DNA of 64,000 nt. Source: Phaeosaccion multiseriatum. Lineage: Eukaryota > Protista > Ochrophyta, other classes. The translations under genes and the position numbers were made by a program. Below the pieces are notes generated by a model that made no database searches, was not told the DNA's origin, and saw nothing but the letters and a program-made list of their open reading frames with translations. The stretch lies in assembly GCA_965112735.1 (NCBI GenBank), contig OZ218965.1, positions 930,001-994,000 on the forward strand, in the 5' to 3' direction. This document shows, one piece after another, positions 10,070 through 21,720 of this stretch (positions are counted from its first letter, which is position 1; the number at the start of each line of letters is the position of its first letter).

Positions 10070-13000
10070 ATGGCAGGTCCCAACAGTACCACCAGCGGAG
10101 CAGCACAAGCAGGCGCAGCAGGACTAGAAGCAGCAGGAAGCGCCGCGGAAGCTACAGATGGAGGTGTGCCCTCCCACCCCCCTGCTGCGGCCGCTGGTGG
10201 GGGTGATGGCTTCAGACAAAGACTTCCCGCGACTCTCGCGCGAGAAGGAGGAAAGGGTGGAGGGCGGGAGGCGGCAGCAGCCACGGGTGGGGGTGGGCTT
10301 GGAGGCGGAGGAGGAGGGCTGACGCCAAAGAGGACGAGTGGAGGAGGTCTTGCGGCCACGGTGGGGCTGGGGGGCGGGATGAGCCTCAAGGCTGGAGGAC
10401 TCGGGTCCACCTCAGGCTTCCGCTTTGGTGGAGGACGCACACCGAGCAGTGGTAAGTGGGGCATTGGGTTGCCTCTGAGAACTGAAAGACAGCCTCACGG
10501 TTTTTCTACGTCCAAGTTAGACACACTGCGCACAGACTCGATGCCTCACCCGTTGCGTCATAGTTGCCAGACTAACGCGGCTTGCGCCCCATCCAATGGC
10601 GATCTCACGCTTGCCTCTCCTGCAACTGTACAATCCAGGCGCCCCTGCTCGCACAGGACTCCGAGTCGGTTCGGGTTTCAGCGGAGGCTTTCACCTCGGG
10701 GGGCACCGTGGCAGCAGCAGCGGCAGCAGCAGCGGTGGAGGCGGTGGTATGTCTTCCTCCTTCTTCAATCGTACTCAGGCCACAGCACCTCACTCCCATC
10801 CGGCCCAGCCAACGACCCCCGCCCCCACGGAGGCCGCGCCCGCGCAGCTCAGCTCCAGGGGCAGCGGCGAAGGCTCAGAGCGAGGAGGGGCGTCTCCTGC
10901 GGACAGCTTGAGTCCCCTCGAGCATAATCCCCACCACCTGGGGGTTGTGGAAGAGTCGAGAGCCGTAGCGGACACGACCACTCAGGCTGTCGCTGCTTCT
11001 CCCACAACCCCAGCGACGAGCAAGGACAAGAAAGATGCAACCAGAGCGAGCTGTGTAATGACTGCGCCACTTACCCCGGCCCCTATCACACCGGACTCTG
11101 CCTCTGCGTCTGTCTCTGTCTCCGCCTCCGCCGTCGAGATGCGCGGCCACCAGCAGGTCAATGGAGACAAAGCCGCCAGCGACTTTCACGCAGGGCTGCA
11201 AGTCGGGCCTGAGCAGGAGGGCGGCTACTCCCCCAGCCTCTCCCTCGCGGACTCGGCTTCCTGTCGCCCAATGACCTCGGCAACGGCCACGCCTCCCCCC
11301 ACTGATGCTGGACCTGTCTCTGTCGGCGCGCTAAGTGTGCAGGGACTCGGAGAGGCCATAGCGTGTGGCCGTGCTGATGAGGGGCCCGTGCAACAGCAGC
11401 AGCAGCAGAGATTCCAGTCCAGGCAAGGGCCCGAGTACGGAGGGGAGGGGCAGGGGCACGGGCAAGGGGAAGGGCAAGGGGAAGGGCAAGGGGAAGGCTC
11501 TGCTGCAGACCTCCTTGCTGACGCGCTGGCTGCGGGAGGAGGAAGAAGAGTAGGAATAGAAGGGGGAGTGACTACGAGCGAGCAGCAGCCAAACACGCAG
11601 CAGAGCACGCGAGCGCGCAAGAGGAAGCACAAGGCCTTGACCATGGCGGAGCTTGAAGGGGCGAATATCAACACCGTGGGAAGCTACAATCAGAGCAGCC
11701 TCAGCAGTGAGGAGGAGCGGACTCTTGCCTGGCAGGGGCCTATGGACCCCCTTGCTGGTGGCGGCGAAGGCTCGGGCGGAGGAGCGGATGAGGGACGGGT
11801 CGGGGAAGGAGAGGGAAACGATGCTGAACCACGGCGGCAACCAGTCGCGGCGAACAAGAAGCGGACGTCAAAGAAGAAGAGGGCGGGCGCACTGAAGGCC
11901 GGACAAGTGACGAAGGTGAGCACACTGAAGGTCAAGAAGAAGAAGCGCGCGCCGAGGACGACTCTCAAGAAGAAAGGCGGCCCTGGAAAGGAGAACAAGG
12001 GGCAAGGCGGAGATGGTGGGCGGGGGGCGAAAAAGAAGAAGACGACGACGACAGCACGCCTCCACGACTCACCGCGGGCAGGAGGAACAGGAATCGACGG
12101 CGGCTTGCTGACAGAAGGGGCATCGCAGGTGCGAGGCTCGGCGGTGGAGCTCAATGCCGACCCTGCGCCGCTGCAGGGGACGCCTCACACGAATGGAGGG
12201 GGGGTGGCACGCACGCACACGGGGACGGCTCGTGCTCCTCGTAGAGTGACTTGGCAAGACGACAATGGGGAGGGAGGGGCGGGGGCCGAGGAGGAGAATA
12301 CGACTTTCGAAGATATCGACAAGTTGATGGAGAGCGACATGAAGAGGGGTGTGAGAGCAGCTCCGGTGAGTGCGTGCGTGTGGCTGGCTGCTGCCGTGGA
12401 CACCTACTTGAATGGGGCGGCGAGGAGGCAGGCCTTCTCTTGACCTTTTACTGGCGCCTTCTTTCTGCGTTTGCTCACATTGACTTCGTGACCGTCTTAC
12501 TCATGATTGGGCGCCGTGAAGTGACGGTGCTCGCGTGCGCAAGCCTCACCCCGCCCCCTCCCTCTGTTTGGTCTTTTATAGTCGGTGGACGCGTCAACCT
12601 GTGGTGTCGCACGAGCATTTCTTGGCAGAGTGAGTCCCCAGCTCGCTACAGCTATCCACTCTCACAGCTTGCACCTCTCCCCACCACATGTTCTCGCTGC
12701 TCACTCACTCGCTCCCGCGCCTGCGATAGATGGGGGAGGCATCCATCCTGGACAGTGTAGTGGAGATCGAGAGCTTGCGTGCGGAGCTCTTCCAAAAGAC
12801 GAAGACCCTCGCCAACCTCGTCGAGGTAAGCACTGCCCACGTGGGGGCCACTGCAGTCGCCCGTTGCAGTAGCACAGGCCACCCGAAGCACGGCTCGGAG
12901 GCTTCGAGTAACCAGGTCACCAGTGCGCCGGGTGAGGGTGCATAGACCACTGACATTTTGAATGGTCCATGATTGTACCCTGCCTCTGCGGTCACGGTGT

Positions 13001-13964
13001 GGACTTGCCCTGTCTCCAACCGGCCGTGCTTGCCCTCTTTCTCGCTCGTCGACTGAAGGTGACGGACCTGCTTGAGGAGATGAGACTCGGCCTTCCCCCT
13101 GACCAGAGCGCCCCTGAGCTTCATCCCACCAGCGAGCATCTCCCTGGGGAAGGTGGAGGAGAGGCTCAGGACCCAGAAGGGCATCATGGGCGTCTCCCTC
13201 CGATCCGCGAGGAGGAGGAAGGCCAAACCTCTGCTGCTGAGTACGGAGGAGGAGCCGAGGCGGGCAATGACGAGTGGGGGAATAGCACAGCCGGTACCAC
13301 GCAGGCGAAGAGCAAGGACAAGGGAAGGGCTAATGCCCGGGATGGTGCTGCTCCCGTCGGTAGCAGCACCCCCTCCGTTGACGCTCCTGGGCTGGATGGT
13401 AAGGAGCAGAGGCAGCCTAGCCTGGCCTTCCCGCTTCCCGCTGCTCCTGCCGTCGGCGCTGCCGATGCTGCGAGTCATGGACTCCGACCGGCGGGTGAGG
13501 GTGGAGAGGGGGCGCGGGAGGCTTCACCCGACCTTCCTGGGCCGCCCCCTTCCTCACCCACTTGCTCAGCCCAGCCTCATCCGCACAGCCGAGCTCCAAG
13601 CAGACACGAGGGGGAGCCTTGGCAATTCCCGGTCACGGACGGCGGTGGTGCCACGGCAGGCTCATGCTCGGGAGAGGGAGGGCAGGAGTACTTTCAAGCC
13701 TCGGGGCCGGAGGAGGCGAGCCACGCCAGCACTGCCCTTGGAGGTGATGCGGACGGACGAGGGGGTAACGGAGGCGCGCTCAGCAGCATTGGCAGCAGTG
13801 CGGCAAAGGAAAGCACTCCTCCTCAGACGACGCCCGCTCCCTTCGACACTGTGCTCGGGGTTGGAGGGAGCGCAGTCGCCCATGGCGGGCCGGGCCCCAG
13901 GGGCGAAGGCATTGACAACGTCCGTGCCCCCCCGCAGCAGGCTCAGTATATGGATGAAGATTAG
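10070..13964 (+). CDS. Hypothetical low-complexity protein (~1036 aa) with basic NLS-like tracts and a short coiled coil; exons 10070-10451, 10639-12365, 12730-12825, 13059-13964
   Basis: Four ORF segments join through phase-compatible GT-AG introns. Basic tracts include RARKRKHK, KKRTSKKKR and KVKKKKR; the helical segment is EIESLRAELFQKTKTLANLVEVTDLLEEM. Confidence 0.7.
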
Positions 13965-15063
13965 AGCGGCGGTGTTCAAGTCAAGCGCGCAAGGAGCGGA
14001 GCAGCCGGCCACGCTACAGTGTACATGCTCGCTCGAGGGTTGTGCGCCTTTACTTGACTCTAGCTGCTGTGTAAGCATGTGTAGATTGTAGGGAGGGGGG
14101 TGGGTGGTTGAGGAACGCAGGCACACACCTCACTCTGCTGTCCCTTTGTGTTGGCGAGGGGGGGGGGACGGAAGGAGGGAGTTGTGCGCGTGGGTGCGCT
14201 GCTGCTTCCTAGCAACGCGCCAGTCGTTGGGGCCAGTCCAATCGATTCCGATTTCTTTCCGGACACGACGACCGAACGAGCGTTTGACAACAGCGGAGGA
14301 GTGTGTAGCTCAAGTTACAGTAGTGATATAGGAGTAGCAGGCAATGAGGCCCAGTCTCCGCCCTGTACGCCATATACCTCCAAACAAGTTCTGAGTGGGC
14401 CTTCATTGTGGACCCAACTAAATTTTAGTTTCAGTTCTCACTTTTTTTCTGTGAAGTGATGCTCTCACATCTATATGTTTGTTATATAGCAGCGGCAGTA
14501 GGACTCGCGGCAGGAGAATTACGAGGAGAATACTTGTATGTTGCACGAATAGCAGTCACACAAGCAGCGGCGTCACAAGGACATTTCTAAGCGCTGGTCT
14601 TGGGCAGCAAAGAAAATTTGGAAGCCTTGAAGTGATCGGGCCACTTCCGTCGTTTCTGTCACAGAAGCAGCGGCCGCAGCTCAAGAGGAGGCACGAGAAC
14701 TAGCAGAGAGGCAGCGGAGGTGCAGGAATACTCCCAAAGCATCTTCCGATTCAGGATAAGTTTTGTGGGGGGCGACCGTGCGGAGGGAGCGTCTTTGAGC
14801 GGGCCAGCGGCAGGAGGGGGAGGCACGGAGGCGCTGGGCATCAGGAACCGTCCACCGGCTCGAACAAGCCCCTTTTCTAGAGGCCTTGTGGATATGAAGA
14901 AGGGGGCGCAGCAGGCACTGTACCTCCCTGCTCAGCAGAGGAAGGAGGGCAGGAGAAGGCACCGATGAGGCTGCAAGGCACTCCTTTGAAGGCCACCGAG
15001 CTCGTCGCGCTCAAGATTATGCAGCAACTCGAAGAGCAGGGCACAGGAAAGGTCCCTTGCCAG

Positions 15064-15742
15064 GTGCGGTCCGAGTCCCCAGCGGCGGGTCAAGTCATGT
15101 CGCAAACTCGGCCCAGTCAGTTGTGGACGGCCCCTACAACCCCCCAACGTGCTGGAAGAGGAAGTTGTGCGCTGCGCGGTCGTTGACTTTCTTCATCATA
15201 TCTCTTCACAGAGCTGGAGGAATGCCTACGTGAGCAAGCATCTTTCACCATGCACATCACATGGCAGTGTGACGCGGTCCGTGGACCGCATATACCCGGC
15301 TCGGCGGAATGGATACACCTTGGGTGTGAACACACTCGCTTCGGCAGCCATTCAGCAAGACCTTACTATATGCAAGGCGCTGTACAACATGGACTTGTTG
15401 TCCATTTTGTACAGCGCCTTGCATATAGTGAGGTCCTGCTGCATGGCTGCCGACGTGAGTGTGTTCACATCCAAGAGGTACCCATGCCGCCGAGCCCAGT
15501 ACATGCGGTCCACGGACTGCGTCACACTGCCATGTGATGTGCATGGTGAAAGATGCTTGCTCACATAGGCTTTCTTCCAGCTCTGTGAAGAGATATTGGT
15601 CCGCCGCAACAAAAGTCAACGACCGCGCAGCGCACATGCATCCTCCTCTTCCAGCATCTTGGGTTTTTTTAGGGCCCGTGCACAACTGAGTGGTCTGAGT
15701 ATGCGACATGACTTGACACGCCGCTGGGGACTCGGACCGCAC
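15064..15742. repeat. Fold-back (inverted duplication) of the 5' half of the F-box-like/ankyrin-like gene, ~330 bp arms, 5 nt loop
   Basis: Arms 15064-15394 and 15400-15742 are centred on ATGGAC-ttgtt-GTCCAT. Both arms encode AYVSKHLSPCTSHGSVT.SVDRIY.ARR.GY on opposite strands. Confidence 0.9.
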
Positions 15743-16114
15743 TTGCGAGGCTGAGGCGGGGAGAGGGAGGGAGGAAGGAAGGAAGGAAGGAAGAAAGGAT
15801 GGAAATATGGAAGGATGGAAGGATGGAAGGAAGGAAGGAAGGAAGGAAGGAAGAAAGGATGGAAGGAAGGGAGGGAGGGATAGTGTGGGAGTTGCGGAGG
15901 GGGGTTAAGTAGGGGAGGTTGGCATGGTTGAGTGAAGAAGAGTGAAGAGTGGTATTGTTTTCGATTGTACTCATATATGTGTGGAGGGCTTGGGCGGGAC
16001 GTTTTCCATCACCGCATCTCCCCTACTTGAGGTCACTGGGGCCCCAACGAACAACGCAAAACCCCCTCTGCCGTGTCACCCCGCCCTGTCCTCTCCTCTT
16101 CTGTACATCATAAG

Positions 16115-17086
16115 GTGGGCTTTGCAGTCGACACGCACATCTACCGACAAGCAGTGCGCTACGGCCTCACTGTTAGAAAGGAAGAGAAGGACGTCGAGGG
16201 GAGAGTAGAGGAGGCGCTCACAAGGTGAGTTTCAGTTTCAATTAGCTAGAGTGGGTCGCTTTCGTCGGCTGCTGAGAAACACCCTACCCTTTCCCGCCCT
16301 TTCCCTCGCAAAGCTGTGCCATCTCTCTCTCTCTCTCGGGCGCGCGCTCTCCCCCATGGTGTTTATTAGCACCCACCCTCTCCCACTCCCCCCCGCCCCC
16401 CTCTCTCCCCGCCCCGTCTCTGTACCCAAACATGCCTCACCTCACGTCCCCTCCCCTCCCATTCACTGCCATCCCCCTCCTCCCCTTTTCCTGTCCCTGC
16501 TGTCGTGTCCCCTGTCGCCGCCCGAACCTTCGAGCATGCAGCCACCAGCCACTTGCCCGTGAGGACTGGAGCAAGCTGCATGTTCAACTCATCTACTTTG
16601 GCAGAGAGTTTTGCCCGGTGCGTATCGAAGATTGAAGGCGGTGGGGGGGGCGGGGGACTGTAGAGAAGAAAGAGAACATGTCCACATGAACAGGTCTTTG
16701 ACGAACCTTTGTGGGGTTGCTTCAACACGTAGGAGTCAGTTTGGGCATGTCCAGACGTAGCCCATTGTTTGTGTTACGCACCCCAGCGATGCACGTTCCC
16801 TTCCCTCTCTCTTTCTTTGGTGTGGTGCCTCTTGCTCGGATCCTCTGATCATCGTTCGCCTCTCTCTGCCCGTCCCCTCTGCTGCCATCCATCCATTCAT
16901 TCCATCCATCTGTGCATGAAAACACACCCCGAGCAGGCCAAGAAGCACACCCCTGCAGAGTGCCCGATTTGCTGCTGGATCAACAAGGCCGGCAGGGTCT
17001 CGAGTGGCGGTGGAAACGGAGCCACCAGCGCAGACGGAGGAGGGGAAGGAAGAGGAGGAAATAGTACCGAATACAGGAGAGCATAG
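16115..17086 (+). pseudogene. nth: 3' half of endonuclease III (HhH-GPD DNA glycosylase) with introns retained; exons ~16115-16224, ~16542-16617, 16937-17086
   Basis: Spliced reading: VGFAVDTHIYRQAVRYGLT...VEEALT / REDWSKLHVQLIYFGREFCP / AKKHTPAECPICCWI. This carries the catalytic VDTH motif and a C-terminal Cys cluster; no 5' exons were found upstream. Confidence 0.75.
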
Positions 17087-17963
17087 AAGACGTGACTGCC
17101 GAATCGCTGCAGTCCACCGGCAGAAAGACCGGGAAACACATCATCCTCTATAGAGAGAGGATGGAGCAAATAGAGGCCCGTAACGGCCAAACCTGGCCCA
17201 GCAGCAGCGAGCCGGCTAAGCGAATGGACAAGAACGATGACTCAGTGGGCGTGAAGGCGACGTAAACAGCTCCACGGTAGACGTCCCCCCGTAAGGAATC
17301 CTCAAGCACACGCACGCACAGGGCATCGTATAGTGGTATAGGATAGCAGGCCCGGTCTCAGCCCTGTACGCCATATACCTCCATCCAAGGCCTACCCAAC
17401 AAAATTTCAGTTTCAGTTCCCCCGGGTATTTTCTGTGAAGTGATCGCCCCACGCTGTTTAACAGAGAAGCGGCAGTAAAGCAGAAGCAATACTTGCATGT
17501 TGCACGAGTACCGTTTGCACAAAGCAGCGGTGTGTCACAGGGACACTCCCAAACGCTGGTCTTGGTCGGGACTAAGGGAATTAGAGGCATTGAAGTGCGA
17601 AAGTGGTCTGCCCCACATCGTTTCCTGTTATAGCAGCTGGAGCAGCGGCCGCAGGGGGACAGCGGTAACAGCAAGAGGAGGAAAATAGGACTCGGTGGCA
17701 CGAGAACTAGCAGCAGAGGCAGCGGAGGTTGCAGGAACACGTCAGAAGAATCTTCAGATTCAGGATAGTGCTGTGGGGAACGACCGTGGGGAGGGAGGGT
17801 CTTTGAGCAGACCAGCGGCAGGAGGGGGAGGCACTGAGGCGCTGGGCATCAGGAACCGTCCACCTACTCGCAAAAGCCCCTTTCCCAGAGGCTTTGTGGA
17901 GATGAAGAAGGGGGCGCAGCAGGCACTGTCACCTCCCTGCTCAGCAAGAAAAAGGCACCAACT

Positions 17964-19085
17964 GTGGGGCTGCAGGGCACTCCTTTGAAGGCCACCCTGC
18001 TCGTCATGCTCGACATCATACAGCAACTCGAACAGCAGGACACAGGGAAAGTCCCTTGCCAGGTGCGGTCCGAGTCCCCAGCGGCGGGTCAAGGCATGTC
18101 GCAAACTCCACCCAGTTGTGTAACGCAGAGGGGGGCTTGTCAGATTCCCAACGTGCTGGAAATTGAGAATGTGCGCGGCGTGGTCCTTGACTTCATTGGG
18201 GCGAAGCAATATCTCTTTATTGCTTCGATCAGCTGGGGCTGGAAGAAAGCTTACGTGAGCAAGCATCCTTCACCATGCACATCACATGGAAGTGTGACGC
18301 AGTCCGTAGACCGCATATACTGGGCTCGGCGGCATGGGTACCTTTTGGATGTGAACACACTCACGTCGGCAGCCATGCAGCAAGACCTTACTATATGCAA
18401 GGCGCTGTACAACATGGGCTGTCCGTCTGGACCACGGGTGGTGCGGGGAGCCATAAAGAATGGCAGGCACGGCGTTGCCATCCTGAGGTGGCTGCACGGC
18501 CTCCCTGGCAAAGAGGGATGCCGTTTCGACACACTAGTGTGCGAGTATGCCGCCCTGGTTGGAGCAACGGACAAGCTGGAGTGGCTTCTCTCGGACGAGG
18601 TCAATGCGCCGTTCAGTTTCACCATCTGGTTGACCGCCCTACAAAGCAAGAATCTCGAGGCCATAAAGTGGGTCTTCGAACACCCCAAGATCAGGGCCGA
18701 GATGGAGAGTGCGACAGCCCCTGCTGCCCCGCCGCAACCCCTCTTGGCCACCCAGAATAGTGAGTGGAGAATGGGGGCCAAGTTCGCCATCACCTACAGT
18801 ACTTTGGAGGTGCTCAAGTGGCTGCACGCCAATGCACGTGAGTTCTGTGAGTGGAATCCAGAGCTCTGCCAAACGGCAGTGGGCGTAGCGCAGAGCCTTG
18901 AGATGCTGCAGTGGCTCCGCTCTGAGGAGGTGCGGTGCGAGTGGGACCAGTGGGCCTGCCCTGTGGAGTTGAAGGCATCGGATGAAGCTTCCGGTCACCA
19001 CCGAGAGCCCACAGATCCCGCCGCAATGAGAGAGATTAAGGAGTGGGTGCACGCCAACGGGCATCCTTGCACATGCTCGGACTGA
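17964..19085 (+). CDS. Intronless F-box-like + divergent ankyrin-like repeat protein (LEVLKWL..C.W family); first in-frame ATG at 18006
   Basis: N-terminal VVLDFIGAKQYLFIASISWGWKKAY box, followed by repeats LEAIKWVFE, LEVLKWLHANAREFCEWN, LEMLQWLRSEEVRCEWD and EWVHANGHPC. The 5' leader is frameshifted relative to the copy at 47022-48425. Confidence 0.75.
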   Translation: MGLQGTPLKATLLVMLDIIQQLEQQDTGKVPCQVRSESPAAGQGMSQTPPSCVTQRGACQIPNVLEIENVRGVVLDFIGAKQYLFIASISWGWKKAYVSKHPSPCTSHGSVTQSVDRIYWARRHGYLLDVNTLTSAAMQQDLTICKALYNMGCPSGPRVVRGAIKNGRHGVAILRWLHGLPGKEGCRFDTLVCEYAALVGATDKLEWLLSDEVNAPFSFTIWLTALQSKNLEAIKWVFEHPKIRAEMESATAPAAPPQPLLATQNSEWRMGAKFAITYSTLEVLKWLHANAREFCEWNPELCQTAVGVAQSLEMLQWLRSEEVRCEWDQWACPVELKASDEASGHHREPTDPAAMREIKEWVHANGHPCTCSD

Positions 19086-19932
19086 TGCAGCTCGGATGCG
19101 AGCTGAATGAGAAGGAGAGACGGCGTGCGCCTGTAAAGTTGGGACGGCTTATGCCTCCTGCCACACGGAGCTGATGGGCCGCGAGTGAGGGAGCGAAAGA
19201 TCTTTAAGCCCGTCCGAGGGTAGCGGCCGCAGCTGCATGCCACAGAGGCAACGCAGTGTCCTTCTGTGTACGGCTTCTACAGCCAATTGTGCAGCTCTCC
19301 AATGCGTCGCTCCGCCCCGCGCAATTTCTTTTAATTAAACAAATTGAAAAAATAATCAAGGATGAGAGTGTATGTGGTTGAAGAGAAAGGGTGTGTTCTA
19401 CAGCAGCGGGCACTACCAACTATGGCACACGCACGAATGCGCGCAGCGCGAACCGTGGTGGTGTAGGATAGCAGCAATGGGGCCCGGTCTCCATATACTT
19501 TCAACCTAGTCCTGAATGGGCCTTCATTGTTGACCCATCTAAATTTCAGTTTCAGTTCCCCACTTTTTTCTGTGAAGTGATCGCCCTCACATCATTTGTT
19601 GTTGTACTCAGCAGCAGGAGCAATACAAGGAGAGTACATGTATGTTGCACGAGTACCCGTTGCACAAGCAGCTACTCGTCGCAGGAGTACTCCTCAGCGC
19701 TGGTCTTGGTCAGCAAGGATTTTTGGAAACCATTGAAGAGAGAGGAGAGTGAGAAAATAGAGAGGAAAGGAGTGCAGCGGAATTGCCATGAAGAGGAATG
19801 GTCTACTGAGATGGCCCTAATGCCTTCACCATTCCCCTTGGGTGTTGTGGAGTCAGGCACCGTCCACGAAGACGAGTCGACTCACTCGCCCAGGCCCCAA
19901 GAAGTCAATTCCAGCCAGAGGCCCCGTTTGGA

Positions 19933-20770
19933 GATGAAGAAGGTCCTGCAGGCACATTGTCAGCCCCCTGCTCGACAGAGGAAGGAAAAGAGGAGAAGGC
20001 ACCTATGGGGCTGCAAAAGGTCCCTTTCATTGCCACCCTGCTCGTCATGAACGAGATGATAATGCAAGCGGACGGACGGGGAACGGAAGCAGCGCCCTGT
20101 GAGGGGTCCCTGTCCTCAGCCCGTGGTCAGGCTACCTTGCAATATCAGCCCCAACTAGGAGGGGACATACAGGCGAGTACGGAGCTTGACAAATTAGCCC
20201 GCAAGGTACTTGGAGAGGAATGTGTACGCGACCGGATCGTTGAATACGTCGGGAGTCATCGCTATGCCTTCATTGCTCCGATCAGCAAGAATTGGAGGAA
20301 CGCCTACGTGGTGAGGCATCGACCACTCACCTCAGATTCGAGCGTGAGTGAGTCAATGGAGTGCGAAAACTGGGCTCAGCGGATGGGATACACATTCTCC
20401 TCGTAAACCTTTCCACAGGCAGCGTTGCGTCGCGACCTGAACATGTGCAAGCTGCTGCACAGCCTGGGCTGTCTGTCCGTGGGAACCGGCGGTGACGGCC
20501 GCAGCAATATGGAATAAGGGGCACGGTCATGCTATCCTCAGTTGGTTGAGCCCAATAGACCTCCTCGACAAGGAGAGCTGCCCTTCCGACACCACAGCGT
20601 GCATTGCAGCAGCCTGTAGAGGCGCGGTCGATTGGCTGGAATTCCTAATGGCGGATGATGTCAATGCTCCCTTCGATTCCACCGTCTGGGAGAGCGTGCT
20701 GCTGCCCAACAGTTTTTGCGGAATTACGGCGGGTCTTCGAGTATCCCAAGATCAGGGCCAAGATCGAGAG
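19933..20770 (+). pseudogene. Divergent paralog of the F-box-like/ankyrin-like gene, with premature stop and frameshifts
   Basis: RIVEYVGSHRYAFIAPISKNWRNAY...WAQRMGY, stop at 20404, then HAILSWLSPIDLLDKESCPSDTTACIAAA..DWLEFLMADDVNAPF in another frame. Confidence 0.75.
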
Positions 20771-20780
20771 GGCGACCTAC

Positions 20781-21192
20781 ATCTCGGCCCTGGCTGACCT
20801 TGGGGTGCTCGAAGACCCACTCTAATGCCGCGAGGTGTTTGCTGCTCTGTGGGATGGCCCATCAGATGGTGCATTGAAGGCCACATTGATCTCTTCCGAA
20901 AGAAGCCACCCCAGCTTGTCCGTTGCTCCAACCAGGGCGGCATACTCGCACACTAGGGTGTCGCTACCAGTGGTGTAAGATGGACAGTCCATGTGGTGCA
21001 GCGCCCTGCGTATGCTCAGGTCTCGCTGTAAGGCTGCCGAAGCGAGTGTGGTCACACCCAAGGTGTACCCATGCCGCCGAGCCGGGTATATGCGGTCCAC
21101 AGACTCCGTCACACTGCTATGCGAGGTGCATGGTGAAAGATGCTTGATCGCGTAGGCTTTCTTCCAGCCCCAGCTGATCGAAGCAATAAAGA
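20781..21192 (-). pseudogene. Inverted fragment of the same ankyrin-like family, joined in fold-back to the preceding paralog
   Basis: ORF 20822..21112: SVDRIYPARRHGYTLGVTTLASAALQRDL...DTLVCEYAALVGATDKLGWLLSEEINVAF. Confidence 0.75.
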
Positions 21193-21240
21193 GAAAAATT
21201 AGGTCTAAGTGGGTCTCAGGGACCCAACTAGTCTTAGTGG

Positions 21241-21720
21241 GCCAACGGGAAATGCGTCGCGACTGTTCTTCGAGCTGCCGAACGCCGCAAGAGTGCCAAA
21301 TACGAAGCAGCCTGTGTGGTCATTCGTGCCTCTTCTGCTGTCTGGGTCTAGGTCTATATCGATACTCACGGGGTTAAAATAGGGCTATATTGCTATATTC
21401 AATATTGGTGTCAGGACCACTTTTTCTGGAACGTTCCTTTCCTTCGTTTACGTCCACTCTTTATCTCTTTCCCTTTAAAAGAAGATACCTTCCTCTACAA
21501 GCAGCAGGCTACGAAGACAATAGGAGGCTCCACACATTGACACAGAGCCAGTGAAGTAGTCTCTAAACCCCTTTTAGAGCTCGTGAGCACAGCATACTCT
21601 TTCACCCCCTTGATCTTTGCGACCAACGGGGCCATGGGCGATCGAGCCAACCACTATATCCGACAACTGGCCCAACACTTCCACCGCCGACGAGGCCCTG
21701 CGGATCAACGTCGCAGCACC
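21241..21720 (+). mobile_element. Relics of the C-terminal restriction-like endonuclease region of a CRE-type non-LTR retrotransposon
   Basis: VLRAAERRKSAKYEAACVVIRAS (21265-21333) and YSFTPLIFATNGAMGDRANHYIRQLAQH (21595-21678) match the 'AE..K..KY...C....SFTPL.F...G..G......LA' motif of CRE-like elements. Confidence 0.6.

Larger units (their letters stand above)
2070..19820. repeat. Left arm of a large, rearranged inverted segmental duplication
   Basis: 2070-3060 matches the reverse complement of ~51650-52740; ~3100-7400 matches ~53760-57990; 14878-19820 matches ~46310-51138. Many near-identical ORF pairs lie on opposite strands, e.g. 17964..19085(+) / 47022..48425(-) and 5718..6035(-) / 55204..55521(+). 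Confidence 0.9.

Noticed and set aside
15765-15880. (GGAA)n, (GGAG)n, (GA)n, (GT)n, (CAGT)n and (TTTCAG)n tracts throughout, and the ORFs they produce
   Set aside because: Ordinary intronic microsatellites; they are not telomeric arrays and not coding.
14300-21192. Endogenous giant virus, suggested by the intronless ankyrin-like genes
   Set aside because: No NCLDV hallmark genes (capsid, PolB, packaging ATPase) are present, and the neighbouring genes are intron-rich host genes.
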